From Pirellula sp. (lineage in GTDB: Bacteria > Planctomycetota > Planctomycetia > Pirellulales > Pirellulaceae): a stretch of DNA of 64,000 bases. The translations under genes were made by a program, and so were the position numbers. The first letter of the stretch is position 1, and each line of letters opens with the position of its first letter. Below, one piece after another: positions 38,718-47,252 of the stretch. The DNA lies in NCBI GenBank assembly GCA_031374515.1, contig JANMGH010000130.1, positions 5,318-69,317 of the forward strand. The letters run 5' to 3'. The notes beneath the pieces were generated by a model that did no database searches, had not been told where the DNA came from, and worked only from the letters and a program-made list of their open reading frames with translations.

Positions 38718-38799
38718 GTAGCAGGCACACTCCGTGTGCCGTAGCCTCAAAAACCAAAGGTTTTTGACAAGCGGACGGCACATGGAATGTGCCTGCTAC
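38718..38799. repeat. R2 repeat, inverted doublet around a central hairpin (REPIN-like)
   Basis: GTAGCAGGCACACTCCGTGTGCCGT (38718-38742), central hairpin TCAAAAACC-AAA-GGTTTTTGA, then ACGGCACATGGAATGTGCCTGCTAC (38775-38799). The two arm differences are a compensatory C:G to T:A pair. Confidence 0.8.
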
Positions 38800-38841
38800 G
38801 ATAAAACCACAACCTATTCCGTGCCGAATCCCACGGAAAAA

Positions 38842-38863
38842 GCGGCACGAAGTGCCGTGCTAC
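38842..38863. repeat. R2-like single unit overlapping the stop codon of the blaR1-like gene
   Basis: The minus strand reads GTAGCACGGCAC-TTC-GTGCCGC. The TAG of GTAG is the stop of ORF 38860..44298. Confidence 0.55.
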
Positions 38864-41800
38864 TCTTTGATATCAACAACTACATCGCCGAGGTCTAGCC
38901 CTTTGGAAGGGTCCACTTCGATATCATTTGCTATCACTATTGATCGTATCCCGTCGCCGTAAGCGGTTACCGTATGTTTGTAACCGGGGACGACCCCGTG
39001 CAGCTCGAATCGACCATCCTTGTCACTGGTCATTCTCAGTCGAGTATCGCCAGAATCGTCGTCTGGGATCGATTCGCTACGAACTCGAATGTCTGGGACT
39101 GCAACTCCTTGTTTGTCCACAAGTCGGCCGCGCAATGATCCCGCAGGTCGCAACGTGAGCGTGATCTCCTTTGATTGCGGCCCAGAGATTTTCAGGTATG
39201 CCGCTTGGTGTGTTTCAGGGTCATATGCAAAAAGCTCCCTTCCTTGATCTGCTAAATAGCCCTCGATGTCCGTCGATCCGTCCATGACCGGGTACCATCC
39301 ACTCAACTCCGACATTCCCTTCAGAATTGCCTTGGTCGCTGGTTTGCCGTTCGAATCGACGACTCGGACGCTAAGCGATTTGCCGGATGAAATCCCAATG
39401 TTCAATTCCGCCTCTGCCGCGTCGTTCTCAATCTTAAGTTCTTTCACATAATGATAGTTTGTTGGAAGCACATAGAATGGCACCGTTTCGTACATGCTCA
39501 TCTCTGCGGGGGAAGCAACTGGCTCACCTGTTTTGGTCTTCGGACGCGACGCTCGCGGGTACTTTGGATGATCAGCCGCATTGAAACTCAGTACCCCTTC
39601 ACCTGGCAGTACCGCAATCTCGTAGCGACCATTTTGGTCCGTTCTGCATTCGTGAAATTCTGCAAGTACAAAGTTACGATGCTGCGCTAAGTTTGGGTTC
39701 TTGGTCAAAGCAGAATAGTGAACAGCTCCATCGATTGGTTTGCCCGTAGTCACGTCCATAGCCCGACCGCGAAGGATTGTAACCGGCTTGAGCTTGAAGT
39801 CGAGCTTGACCGCCATTCGGGCATCCTTGGTCTTGGGGCGAGCCCCTAGTGGTAGATACTTTGAGCCGCGCGGAGGCACAACGAAGAGCGTGTCTTCGTT
39901 GGACTGAGAAAGGCCCGACAGGGTATAACGACCGTCTTGGTCCGTAACGGTTGCAATGTAGGGCTTTCCTCCACGCGAGTTCATGACCTGATGTCCGGCC
40001 GTTACTAGGAAGCCACTCCGCGGAGCGCCAGTCGAATCGTCCACAATTCTGCCCTCAACCGGTACCGACGGAGCGGCCACGTAGTCGAATCCATTAGCAT
40101 AAAAGACTTCGTCTGGAATCCCTAAGTTTGCCATCTTCGGTTGGTCAAATTGATGTGGCACTCGAATGGTTTTTCCTGCTCGAGTTCGAGCATGTGCAAT
40201 GGAGGTCTCGATCCCCGGCCCACTGATGATTAGTTGTGCGATACGCTCCTTACCAAGACCTAGCAACGTAAATCTACCCTCAGTGTCGGTCACGACATCA
40301 GGCACAATCGACGGCATCTGAAATCCGTTCATCCCGTCCGCTGCTTCCTTTCGCAACGAGTAGTAATCCACCTTGGGGTTCTTGGTCGCTCGCTCCCATC
40401 CGTCAAGGTTGCCTTTTGGATTTGACCAGACCTCGCTTACGCGTATTTGGGCTTGGGCAATGGGAGTACCGTCAACAGTCAGAATGCGACCAGTGAGTGG
40501 TTGATCATCGGAAGCCAATCGGAGAGTTGTGTCGTTTCCGAACATCCCAAGCAAGCGCATTGCCATTCCCTCTTTCGTTTTGGCGGCAAGTTTTCCAGTT
40601 GGCTCAAACAAAATCCCAGGCTTACCATTGGAAAGTCCGAATCCAGACTTGGTTGCGACCAAGGCCAATTCGGTAACACTACCCGGAGCCCCCCGAATCT
40701 CGAAAGCACCTTTCGCATCCGTCGTTGCCACAGGCGGGATCGAACTATCGGGCAGACGACCTGGTTCATAGTAAACCCAGTGTAGCGAGGCGCCAGCAGC
40801 TAGCGTTCCGTCGGGATGAATTACCGTTCCTTTGAACACGAATGTTTCGTCCGCTTTTGGATTGACAATCTTGGCTTGAGTGCCGACAGGCTCTTTGGTG
40901 TCTTCCTTTGTGGATTTCGTAAGCGGTTGGTCAACCTTAACGACTGGCAAGTTGTTTTCGGGCGCAGCATTCACGGCGAGGGTACTCAAGTCGACGGTGC
41001 CCAAATCAATCGTCTGTCCGGGGAGCAATTGCCGATCGCGAAAGAGTACCGCATTGAATTGGCCGCCGAGGATGACGAGGCAATATCCATCGCCAGGCGG
41101 CACCGTCAACTCAAAAGCGCCAGCCGCGTCCAGTGCAGCGTACCCTAAAGATTCGTGCTTAGGATGCGTTGAGGTTGTATAGGTATTACCACCATTGCCG
41201 TTAGGAAACATCCCATGAAACTCCGTCAGACCGACACCGGCTTTGACGTATCCTTGAGAAAGCGCCTTGCCTTTTTCATCAAGAAGCCTCCCCTTGATCT
41301 TGACGGTCGGAAGAAGAGTGACACGATCATTTTCATCGTTGCTTTCCATGATCGTTTTAATAGGCACAACGGCACCGAGCTTTTGTTCCGCATCCAGGAA
41401 CATGAGCGGTCTTTCCCGCTCCGGCCCGTCGCCAGGAAAGAAACTTGCAAACGAGTTGTCGATTGCTTTCTGGCCCCAGTAACTACTACCGCGTCCGGAA
41501 ATGGTCTGTCTCCCGACCGGAAGCCGACCTGCCATTTGGTAGCCGACGACATCTTTTCCATCTGCGTCGACGACATGAATAGAACGCATTTTCAGCGGCT
41601 TAACCGCAATCTCTACACGATGCGATTTCTTATCTTCAGCGATCTCCAACTCCTCCATTGCGTTGCCTGCAGAATCGCAATGATAGTACTTCTGTGGCGG
41701 GCGTTGCATTCCCGGCGGGTTGCCTGTCGACAGTTCGTATTCCATGTCGTTCGCCGCAACAACTCGGAGCACACCGGGTCCTGGTAAGCCAGGGACTAGA

Positions 41801-44298
41801 AATCGTCCACTGCTATCTGTCGGCAGCAGATCTTCGTTGCCCATGGTGGTCAAATCCAATCGCCATTTTTCATGGTTTTCTGCATTGCGATTCTCGCGAC
41901 TCGGATAGTAAGCGACCATGGCTTTTAGGGAAGCCTTTGTATTTGCGTCGGTAACTTGGCCCTCGATCCAAATGCCCGGCGTCAGTCCGATGTCGAGGTT
42001 AATCGGATCAAGCCCGATCGACTTCGGGACACGCTTCTCACTTCGAAAATACGGTTGGTCCGGGCTAGGTAACACTCTTAGGTTGACTCCATTGAAACCT
42101 TCTGGCGGTTTTGGAATTCCTTTGAGAACATAGCGACCTTTTGCATCTGTCGTGCTTTGGCTGAAGTTCTCGATCGACAATAAACTATCTCCGAACTGAT
42201 GCAGCGATACGACCACTCCGGAAAGTGGCGATCCCGTTTTCTTGTCACGGACGATTCCTTGAATCCACTGCGATGGTTCGGCAGAGTAATCGAACTGAGC
42301 ACCAAACGTTCTCCCAACCCGGAACCGTGGATCCATACTTGGCATGTTGACCGAGGGCATGTCGTGTGTCACGCAGTGAAGTAGCGCGGTCGCAATGTTG
42401 GGCGACTCGATTTGCAAGGTGGCTTGCCGATCATCACCTACGCCATCAAGCACAAAGGCTCCATTCGAGTCCGAAACCGCTTCGCTCGCCGCGTGGGCAT
42501 CGATCGCCGCAATTTGTCCCCGGGATGGAAAGAACGCTGGCCGAGGCCAATTGGTTGCCCCAACTGGTTGTGCCATCATCATACGCGGGTCATTCAAGGT
42601 TGCCGGATTGTTCTTGGCTTGTTCCAACCAAGTTTGTATCGGAGCGCCCGCTTTCTCAATTTTGACAAGCTTTACCTTTATGCCTTGGATGGGTTTTCCC
42701 TCTAGGTCCAGGAACCGACCCTGCAGTGTCTTGCTGGCTGTAGCCAATTGCAGGTTGCACGAACCCTTCGACTCCTCGATGTCTACTTCATCAGGCCCGA
42801 AGCCTGGTTTCGACGCAAAAACAACCGTCCGTTGTTCTTCAAAATGAAAACCATTAGAGAAGCTCTCGGATCGGGCCGGCACGTCGGCTTGATAGAGTCC
42901 GTCCTTGTCCGTTGTCGTTTGCAAAAGCGTTTCGTGACGGACATCCCACGATGTGTTCGCAAGAAACGATCGCAACACGGTCACGCGCGCACCAGCAACA
43001 GGTTGATTATCGGGCGAAGTGACGACACCCGAGATATGCAGATGTTGGACTCCTGATGTTTTGGCTACTGGCTTTGAGTCCTCTCTTTCCTTCGCATCAA
43101 CTAGCGCCTGAGTGGTGGCTGCCAGCCGAATGGGGGCCAGTAGTAACAGCAATGCAATCGAAGCGACCAACATCCCGACTGCAACTTTTGGAGTGAGCGG
43201 CAGGTGCGAACGGGCTTGATCGAGCATCGATCGGACACGATTCTCTAAACCGCTGCGCTGAGCCATGGCAACTGCAGGAGGCATCTCCATCGACTGGTAC
43301 TCTCGAGCGATGCTCAACAATTGCTCCGCATACTGACTAGGACGTTCACCTGCCATCAATACGCAATCGTCACAAGCGAGTTCGCGTTCGACGCGCAGCC
43401 GCTTCAGTGCACACCACACCATTGGATGAAACCAGTAAAGCGAACATGCTATACGAGCCATCGACTGATAGACTACATCGAGTCGCTTGACGTGAGCCAA
43501 TTCATGTAGAAGCACGAGTCGCCGACGTTCTACCGCCCAGGTACGCCATGACGACGGGACCAAAACGACCGGGCTTCGCATTCCCCAAGTCATCGGAACT
43601 ATCGCTTGCTTCGCTTCAAGCAACCGGACAACGCGATGGATACCAAGTCGACGGCACAACTCCGCCAAAGTGCTGTTTGGTTCGAGATCCTCGATAACGG
43701 GAGAAAGGCGCTGTAGCAGGACGATTCGCCTGATCCCCAGAACCAACGGGCTTATGGTCAACAGCAACCCAGTCGCCCAAATCAGACTAAGGATTCCGAT
43801 GGCCGAGAACGCCCCCCGAGCCGAGCCCGACTCGCTCAACGCGCTTCTCTTGACGGGTGGCTGAGGCAAGTTCAGAGACGCGCTGACTTGCTGCATAGCT
43901 AGCGTCGATTCGTTCGACGGCAATCGCGATTCGGGCATCTGCAGGCTATGGTGCGGTGACGTCCAGACTCGGTCCGAGGTTGGGGCAAGCACCTCAACAG
44001 TTGTTAGCTGCGCATCTTGAGCCGCTGTTGGCTTCTCAACATTGTTCGGATTGACTTGTTCGCCCGCATTCCAATCAACTGGCAGAATTGCGAGCCGATA
44101 CTCAGGTACAATGATTGAGAGAATTGGCAGCAATAGCAAACCAACGAATGCTGTGGCCCAAATGCGATGCCGCAGGGCTGCGGAGCATTGCCGAAGTGAG
44201 CCATCAATAAGCGCAACAGCTGCGAGCAAGAGCGTCGCTTTAACAACGATATCGGCGACAAACTGCGGTAGCGACAAAAGGACATATTCGTAGGGCAT
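38860..44298 (-). CDS. giant BlaR1-like M56 peptidase/sensor with about 11 carboxypeptidase-regulatory-like repeats
   Basis: N-terminal polytopic region with HELAHVKRLD (HExxH). It is followed by about 1400 aa of repeated units such as ISGVVTSPDNQPVAGARVTVL, LQGRFLDLEGKPIQGIKVKLV and LRGRLVDKQGVAVPDIRVRSE. The ATG lies 2 nt after the blaI stop. Confidence 0.9.
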   Translation of the reverse strand: MPYEYVLLSLPQFVADIVVKATLLLAAVALIDGSLRQCSAALRHRIWATAFVGLLLLPILSIIVPEYRLAILPVDWNAGEQVNPNNVEKPTAAQDAQLTTVEVLAPTSDRVWTSPHHSLQMPESRLPSNESTLAMQQVSASLNLPQPPVKRSALSESGSARGAFSAIGILSLIWATGLLLTISPLVLGIRRIVLLQRLSPVIEDLEPNSTLAELCRRLGIHRVVRLLEAKQAIVPMTWGMRSPVVLVPSSWRTWAVERRRLVLLHELAHVKRLDVVYQSMARIACSLYWFHPMVWCALKRLRVERELACDDCVLMAGERPSQYAEQLLSIAREYQSMEMPPAVAMAQRSGLENRVRSMLDQARSHLPLTPKVAVGMLVASIALLLLLAPIRLAATTQALVDAKEREDSKPVAKTSGVQHLHISGVVTSPDNQPVAGARVTVLRSFLANTSWDVRHETLLQTTTDKDGLYQADVPARSESFSNGFHFEEQRTVVFASKPGFGPDEVDIEESKGSCNLQLATASKTLQGRFLDLEGKPIQGIKVKLVKIEKAGAPIQTWLEQAKNNPATLNDPRMMMAQPVGATNWPRPAFFPSRGQIAAIDAHAASEAVSDSNGAFVLDGVGDDRQATLQIESPNIATALLHCVTHDMPSVNMPSMDPRFRVGRTFGAQFDYSAEPSQWIQGIVRDKKTGSPLSGVVVSLHQFGDSLLSIENFSQSTTDAKGRYVLKGIPKPPEGFNGVNLRVLPSPDQPYFRSEKRVPKSIGLDPINLDIGLTPGIWIEGQVTDANTKASLKAMVAYYPSRENRNAENHEKWRLDLTTMGNEDLLPTDSSGRFLVPGLPGPGVLRVVAANDMEYELSTGNPPGMQRPPQKYYHCDSAGNAMEELEIAEDKKSHRVEIAVKPLKMRSIHVVDADGKDVVGYQMAGRLPVGRQTISGRGSSYWGQKAIDNSFASFFPGDGPERERPLMFLDAEQKLGAVVPIKTIMESNDENDRVTLLPTVKIKGRLLDEKGKALSQGYVKAGVGLTEFHGMFPNGNGGNTYTTSTHPKHESLGYAALDAAGAFELTVPPGDGYCLVILGGQFNAVLFRDRQLLPGQTIDLGTVDLSTLAVNAAPENNLPVVKVDQPLTKSTKEDTKEPVGTQAKIVNPKADETFVFKGTVIHPDGTLAAGASLHWVYYEPGRLPDSSIPPVATTDAKGAFEIRGAPGSVTELALVATKSGFGLSNGKPGILFEPTGKLAAKTKEGMAMRLLGMFGNDTTLRLASDDQPLTGRILTVDGTPIAQAQIRVSEVWSNPKGNLDGWERATKNPKVDYYSLRKEAADGMNGFQMPSIVPDVVTDTEGRFTLLGLGKERIAQLIISGPGIETSIAHARTRAGKTIRVPHQFDQPKMANLGIPDEVFYANGFDYVAAPSVPVEGRIVDDSTGAPRSGFLVTAGHQVMNSRGGKPYIATVTDQDGRYTLSGLSQSNEDTLFVVPPRGSKYLPLGARPKTKDARMAVKLDFKLKPVTILRGRAMDVTTGKPIDGAVHYSALTKNPNLAQHRNFVLAEFHECRTDQNGRYEIAVLPGEGVLSFNAADHPKYPRASRPKTKTGEPVASPAEMSMYETVPFYVLPTNYHYVKELKIENDAAEAELNIGISSGKSLSVRVVDSNGKPATKAILKGMSELSGWYPVMDGSTDIEGYLADQGRELFAYDPETHQAAYLKISGPQSKEITLTLRPAGSLRGRLVDKQGVAVPDIRVRSESIPDDDSGDTRLRMTSDKDGRFELHGVVPGYKHTVTAYGDGIRSIVIANDIEVDPSKGLDLGDVVVDIKE

Positions 44299-44300
44299 GA

Positions 44301-44690
44301 CTATCTTCCTTCTTTTCGAGCGTGTTGGATCAGGGTCTCAATCTCCGCCAGGTCGTTTTTGGTGAGCTTTTCTGTTTCGAACAGCGCAGCCACCGCATCG
44401 GTAGGCGAGCCGCCAAAAAATGTCTTTACGATGTGACTCAACGCCGACTTGCTGGCCGATTCTTTGGATTGGATAGGTCGGTAGATGTACTTCGTCCCTT
44501 CCTGACGATGCTTCAACAGCCCCTTGCTCTCAAGCAATCGGATCATGGTTCGAACTGCCGAATAGCTCGGAGGTTCCGCCAATTTTTGTAGTACTTCGCC
44601 GACTGAAGCTTCACCGAGCGCAAAGATCGCGTCCATGATCTGCCGCTCGCGCGCCCCGAGCTCCTGTTTTGCTGTCGCCTTCTTTGCCAC
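44301..44690 (-). CDS. BlaI/MecI/CopY-family transcriptional repressor
   Basis: Winged-helix region RERQIMDAIFALGEASVGEVLQKL...YSAVRTMIRLLESKGLL. GTG at 44690 lies 6 nt after AAGGAG. The longer ORF to 44759 would translate the operator palindromes. Confidence 0.85.
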   Translation of the reverse strand: MAKKATAKQELGARERQIMDAIFALGEASVGEVLQKLAEPPSYSAVRTMIRLLESKGLLKHRQEGTKYIYRPIQSKESASKSALSHIVKTFFGGSPTDAVAALFETEKLTKNDLAEIETLIQHARKEGR

Positions 44691-44723
44691 CGAAAACTCC
44701 TTGCTTGGTTCGAACACATTACA

Positions 44724-44759
44724 ATGGCAGTACATTGCCATGTGGCAGTGTATTGCCAC
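44724..44759 (-). promoter_or_regulatory. two tandem 18-bp operator-like palindromes upstream of blaI
   Basis: ATGGCAGTACATTGCCAT (44724-44741) and GTGGCAGTGTATTGCCAC (44742-44759). Both have TGGCA-N6-TGCCA symmetry and lie 34-69 nt upstream of the GTG start. Confidence 0.5.
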
Positions 44760-44775
44760 ACAAGCGAGGAGTCAA
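44747..44775 (-). promoter_or_regulatory. sigma70-like promoter for blaI (TTGACT-N17-TACACT)
   Basis: Minus-strand TTGACT at 44775-44770 and TACACT at 44752-44747. The -10 element sits inside the distal palindrome. Confidence 0.35.
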
Positions 44776-44941
44776 GCGTGCTCGGAAAAAAAGTTTCTTA
44801 CTGGGGTAGTTGCTTAGTCCATTGTGAGCGGGCGTCGGTAGATCGTCGTAATCTACTAGCGTCCGGTTTTTTGAATCAAAAGGAAAACCGGGTGCAGCGC
44901 ACTGCGGCGGATTGAGATCGCGATCGAATGCCAACAATGGG

Positions 44942-44984
44942 GTCAGTGAATCAGCGAAGGGAATCAGCGAAGGTCAGCGAAGGG
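44942..44984. repeat. short tandem repeat TCAGCGAAGG (3 full units plus 1 partial)
   Basis: GTCAGTGAA TCAGCGAAGGGAA TCAGCGAAGG TCAGCGAAGG. Lies about 100 nt upstream of the RayT-like gene. GTCAGCGAAGG differs from the R1 head GTAGCGAAGG by one inserted C. Confidence 0.7.
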
Positions 44985-45087
44985 GCCATCCATCCTGTCT
45001 TGCAGGCGAATTGCGTCTTTGCTAGAATTCTGGCGTTGTTGCTTGAATCCTTGTTTCGCTCGGCATTTCAATGAAAGTGATCCATCC

Positions 45088-46203
45088 ATGGCTAGGCAGA
45101 ATCGTTGCGATATCTTCGATCCAAATGAAATCGGAGCTTTTCATGCAGTTCAGAGAACAGTTCGCAGGGCTTGGCTTTGTGGAGCGGACCCAGTGTCTGG
45201 CAAATCCTTCGAGCATCGGCGGACCTGGCTTCAGAATCGCCTGCAAGAACTGGCGGCTAGTTTCGGCATAGACTGCTTATCGTTTGCGGTGATGGTGAAC
45301 CATGTTCACGTCATCTTGCGCAACCGGCCAGATGTTGTTGCTGGTTGGTCAGACGAGGAAGTTGCACGTCGTTGGTGGCAGTTGTTTCCACTTCGCAAAA
45401 ACAAAGACAAAACGCCTGCGGTCCCGACGGAGAGTGAGCTCAAAATGTGGGTGACTCCGGCCCGAAGCAAGCAGTTGCGGAGTCGGCTCAGCGACATCTC
45501 GTGGTGGATGCGAGCGTTGGCCGAACCAATTGCACGACGCAGTAATGCTGAAGACAAATGCACCGGTCGCTTCTGGGAAGGACGCTTCAAATGCCAGAAA
45601 TTGGCGGATGAAACGGCCATTTTGGCTTGTTCGGCTTACGTTGATTTGAACCCAGTACGGGCGGGAGTGGCAGAGGCACCTGAGAAGAGCCAGTTCACTT
45701 CGGTGTATGAACGTGTTACGGCCGAGAAAGCCGTTCAAAAGGAGAAGGCTCGGGCCAAGATCCGCAAGAGGCGAGGCGGCCGAAGTCGTTCGGCTCGTTC
45801 AAGCGAAGGGCAAGCAGGGTTCGTGCGACGCGACGATTGGTTGACGCCAGTAACGGTTGATGAACGATCGGCGGCTTACAAAGGTGCGATGCCGAGTAAG
45901 ACCGGTAAGCGAGCCAGCGACAAGGGCTTTCTGGGGATGAGCTTCGAGTTTTATTTGAAGTTGCTCGACTGGACCGGCAGGCAGATTCGGCGAGACAGCA
46001 AGAAGGGTCGCATCCCGGCTGATCTGGCTCCGATCTTGGAGCGGATTGGCTTGTCCGGCGAGTTATGGTGCGACGTGGTGAAACGATTCGGCAAGATCTT
46101 TAAGCGAGTTGCGGGAACGCCGGAGTCGTTGGCCCAAGAAGCGAATCGTCGAGGGCGAAGCGGCCATCGAACGGGGGGTTCGCCGTTGCCGAGTGCGGGT
46201 TAG
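45088..46203 (+). CDS. IS200/RayT-like HUH-Y1 transposase homologue with a long C-terminal extension
   Basis: HUH motif in MVNHVHVILRNRPD, catalytic-Tyr motif CSAYVDLNPVRAGV, single copy, no recognisable IS ends. ORF 45019.. trimmed to the ATG at 45088. Confidence 0.75.
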   Translation: MARQNRCDIFDPNEIGAFHAVQRTVRRAWLCGADPVSGKSFEHRRTWLQNRLQELAASFGIDCLSFAVMVNHVHVILRNRPDVVAGWSDEEVARRWWQLFPLRKNKDKTPAVPTESELKMWVTPARSKQLRSRLSDISWWMRALAEPIARRSNAEDKCTGRFWEGRFKCQKLADETAILACSAYVDLNPVRAGVAEAPEKSQFTSVYERVTAEKAVQKEKARAKIRKRRGGRSRSARSSEGQAGFVRRDDWLTPVTVDERSAAYKGAMPSKTGKRASDKGFLGMSFEFYLKLLDWTGRQIRRDSKKGRIPADLAPILERIGLSGELWCDVVKRFGKIFKRVAGTPESLAQEANRRGRSGHRTGGSPLPSAG

Positions 46204-46723
46204 CACTACTTTGGAATGCGAGCAGGGTTAAGGATAAATCGATTCATGTCGGTGATGGATCTTCGTTGGCATCTCTGAGCCCAACTGAGTTCGTTTCTAG
46301 CGCCGACTTCACGCTATCTCTAAATTCTCGCGGATGGAACAATCCAACTGCACAGTGACCGTCGACCTTGGTCCCAAAAGCTAAGCTGGCTGGCCCTTTG
46401 GCTATCACTTGCTGCGAATGTTTCGCGAGAACCAAACTGATCAAATAACGAACGTATGCAATATCCAGGCTAGCGCCTCAGGCTCAGTAAACTCAAAACC
46501 TATTTGAATCATATAGCTCGAATGATTTTGAGCTCGCTTCTCGTGTGCGAGGTCGATTTCTTGCTCCATGGATTGTTACGAAGCAATGAACTTTGAGCGA
46601 TGAAATGATGATGGGAATATAAAGTTTCTACGCAACCTGTTTCTTTGATACGAAGACTGCTTGACCAGAGCCAGCTCCAAGATAACTTGACGTCCTGTTC
46701 TGGAGTCTATCATTCCAAGGAGC

Positions 46724-47200
46724 TTGATTGTGTCGTCTTTGTCCTCCAATGAATTTCAGAGATGTCTTTTTGCATGGGTGTTCCTTGCGATCGGTTTTCT
46801 TTCTGGGTGTGGTTCGAACGATCAGTTCGGAACCTTTAAGGCAGCGGGAACGGTGTCGCTCAACGGCAAACCGCTTAGCGATGCTCACGTATGGTTGTTG
46901 CCTAGAGAAAAGAATCATCAAGACGCAACGTTGGTTGTACGGCCACAAGGACGAACTGGGCTTGATGGCAAGTTTGTATTGACCACCTACTTGCAAGACG
47001 ACGGTGCACCTGAAGGAGAGTACGATGCAATCGTTCTGCACGGCGAAAACGATCCGGATGCTGCTGCTGTGGATGCTAAGGCAAAAACGGGCAAGATAGC
47101 GGTACCTATGAAATACAAAGACGCTAAGACGTCTGGTTTGTCAGTGACCATAAAAAAAGGGGAGGCAAATGCTATCCCTCTCGAGCTCAAGACCAAGTAA
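46724..47200 (+). CDS. small lipoprotein with carboxypeptidase-regulatory-like fold (paralogue of 26233..26670)
   Basis: LAIGFLSGCG lipobox, nearly identical to LAIGFLVGCG in the other copy. GTVSLNGKPLSDAHVWLLP. The likely start is the GTG at 46730, 7 nt after AAGGAG. Confidence 0.75.
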   Translation: MIVSSLSSNEFQRCLFAWVFLAIGFLSGCGSNDQFGTFKAAGTVSLNGKPLSDAHVWLLPREKNHQDATLVVRPQGRTGLDGKFVLTTYLQDDGAPEGEYDAIVLHGENDPDAAAVDAKAKTGKIAVPMKYKDAKTSGLSVTIKKGEANAIPLELKTK

Positions 47201-47252
47201 TCGAATTCGTTGATTCTCCTTTCTCTAGTCCTTTATTGGAAAGTGATGCGCT

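Noticed and set aside
38417-38728. ORF 38417..38728 (MPATFCSGNK…), which crosses into the R2 repeat
   Set aside because: It overlaps the 5' part of the DUF1800 gene on the same strand in another frame, and its N-terminus is a translation of the repeat. It has no independent support.
44691-44759. Upstream ATG codons (44759, 44741, 44735) as the blaI start
   Set aside because: They would add MAIHCHMAMYCHCNVF…, which is simply the translation of the two operator palindromes. The GTG at 44690 has a well-spaced AAGGAG and gives a normal-length BlaI-type protein.
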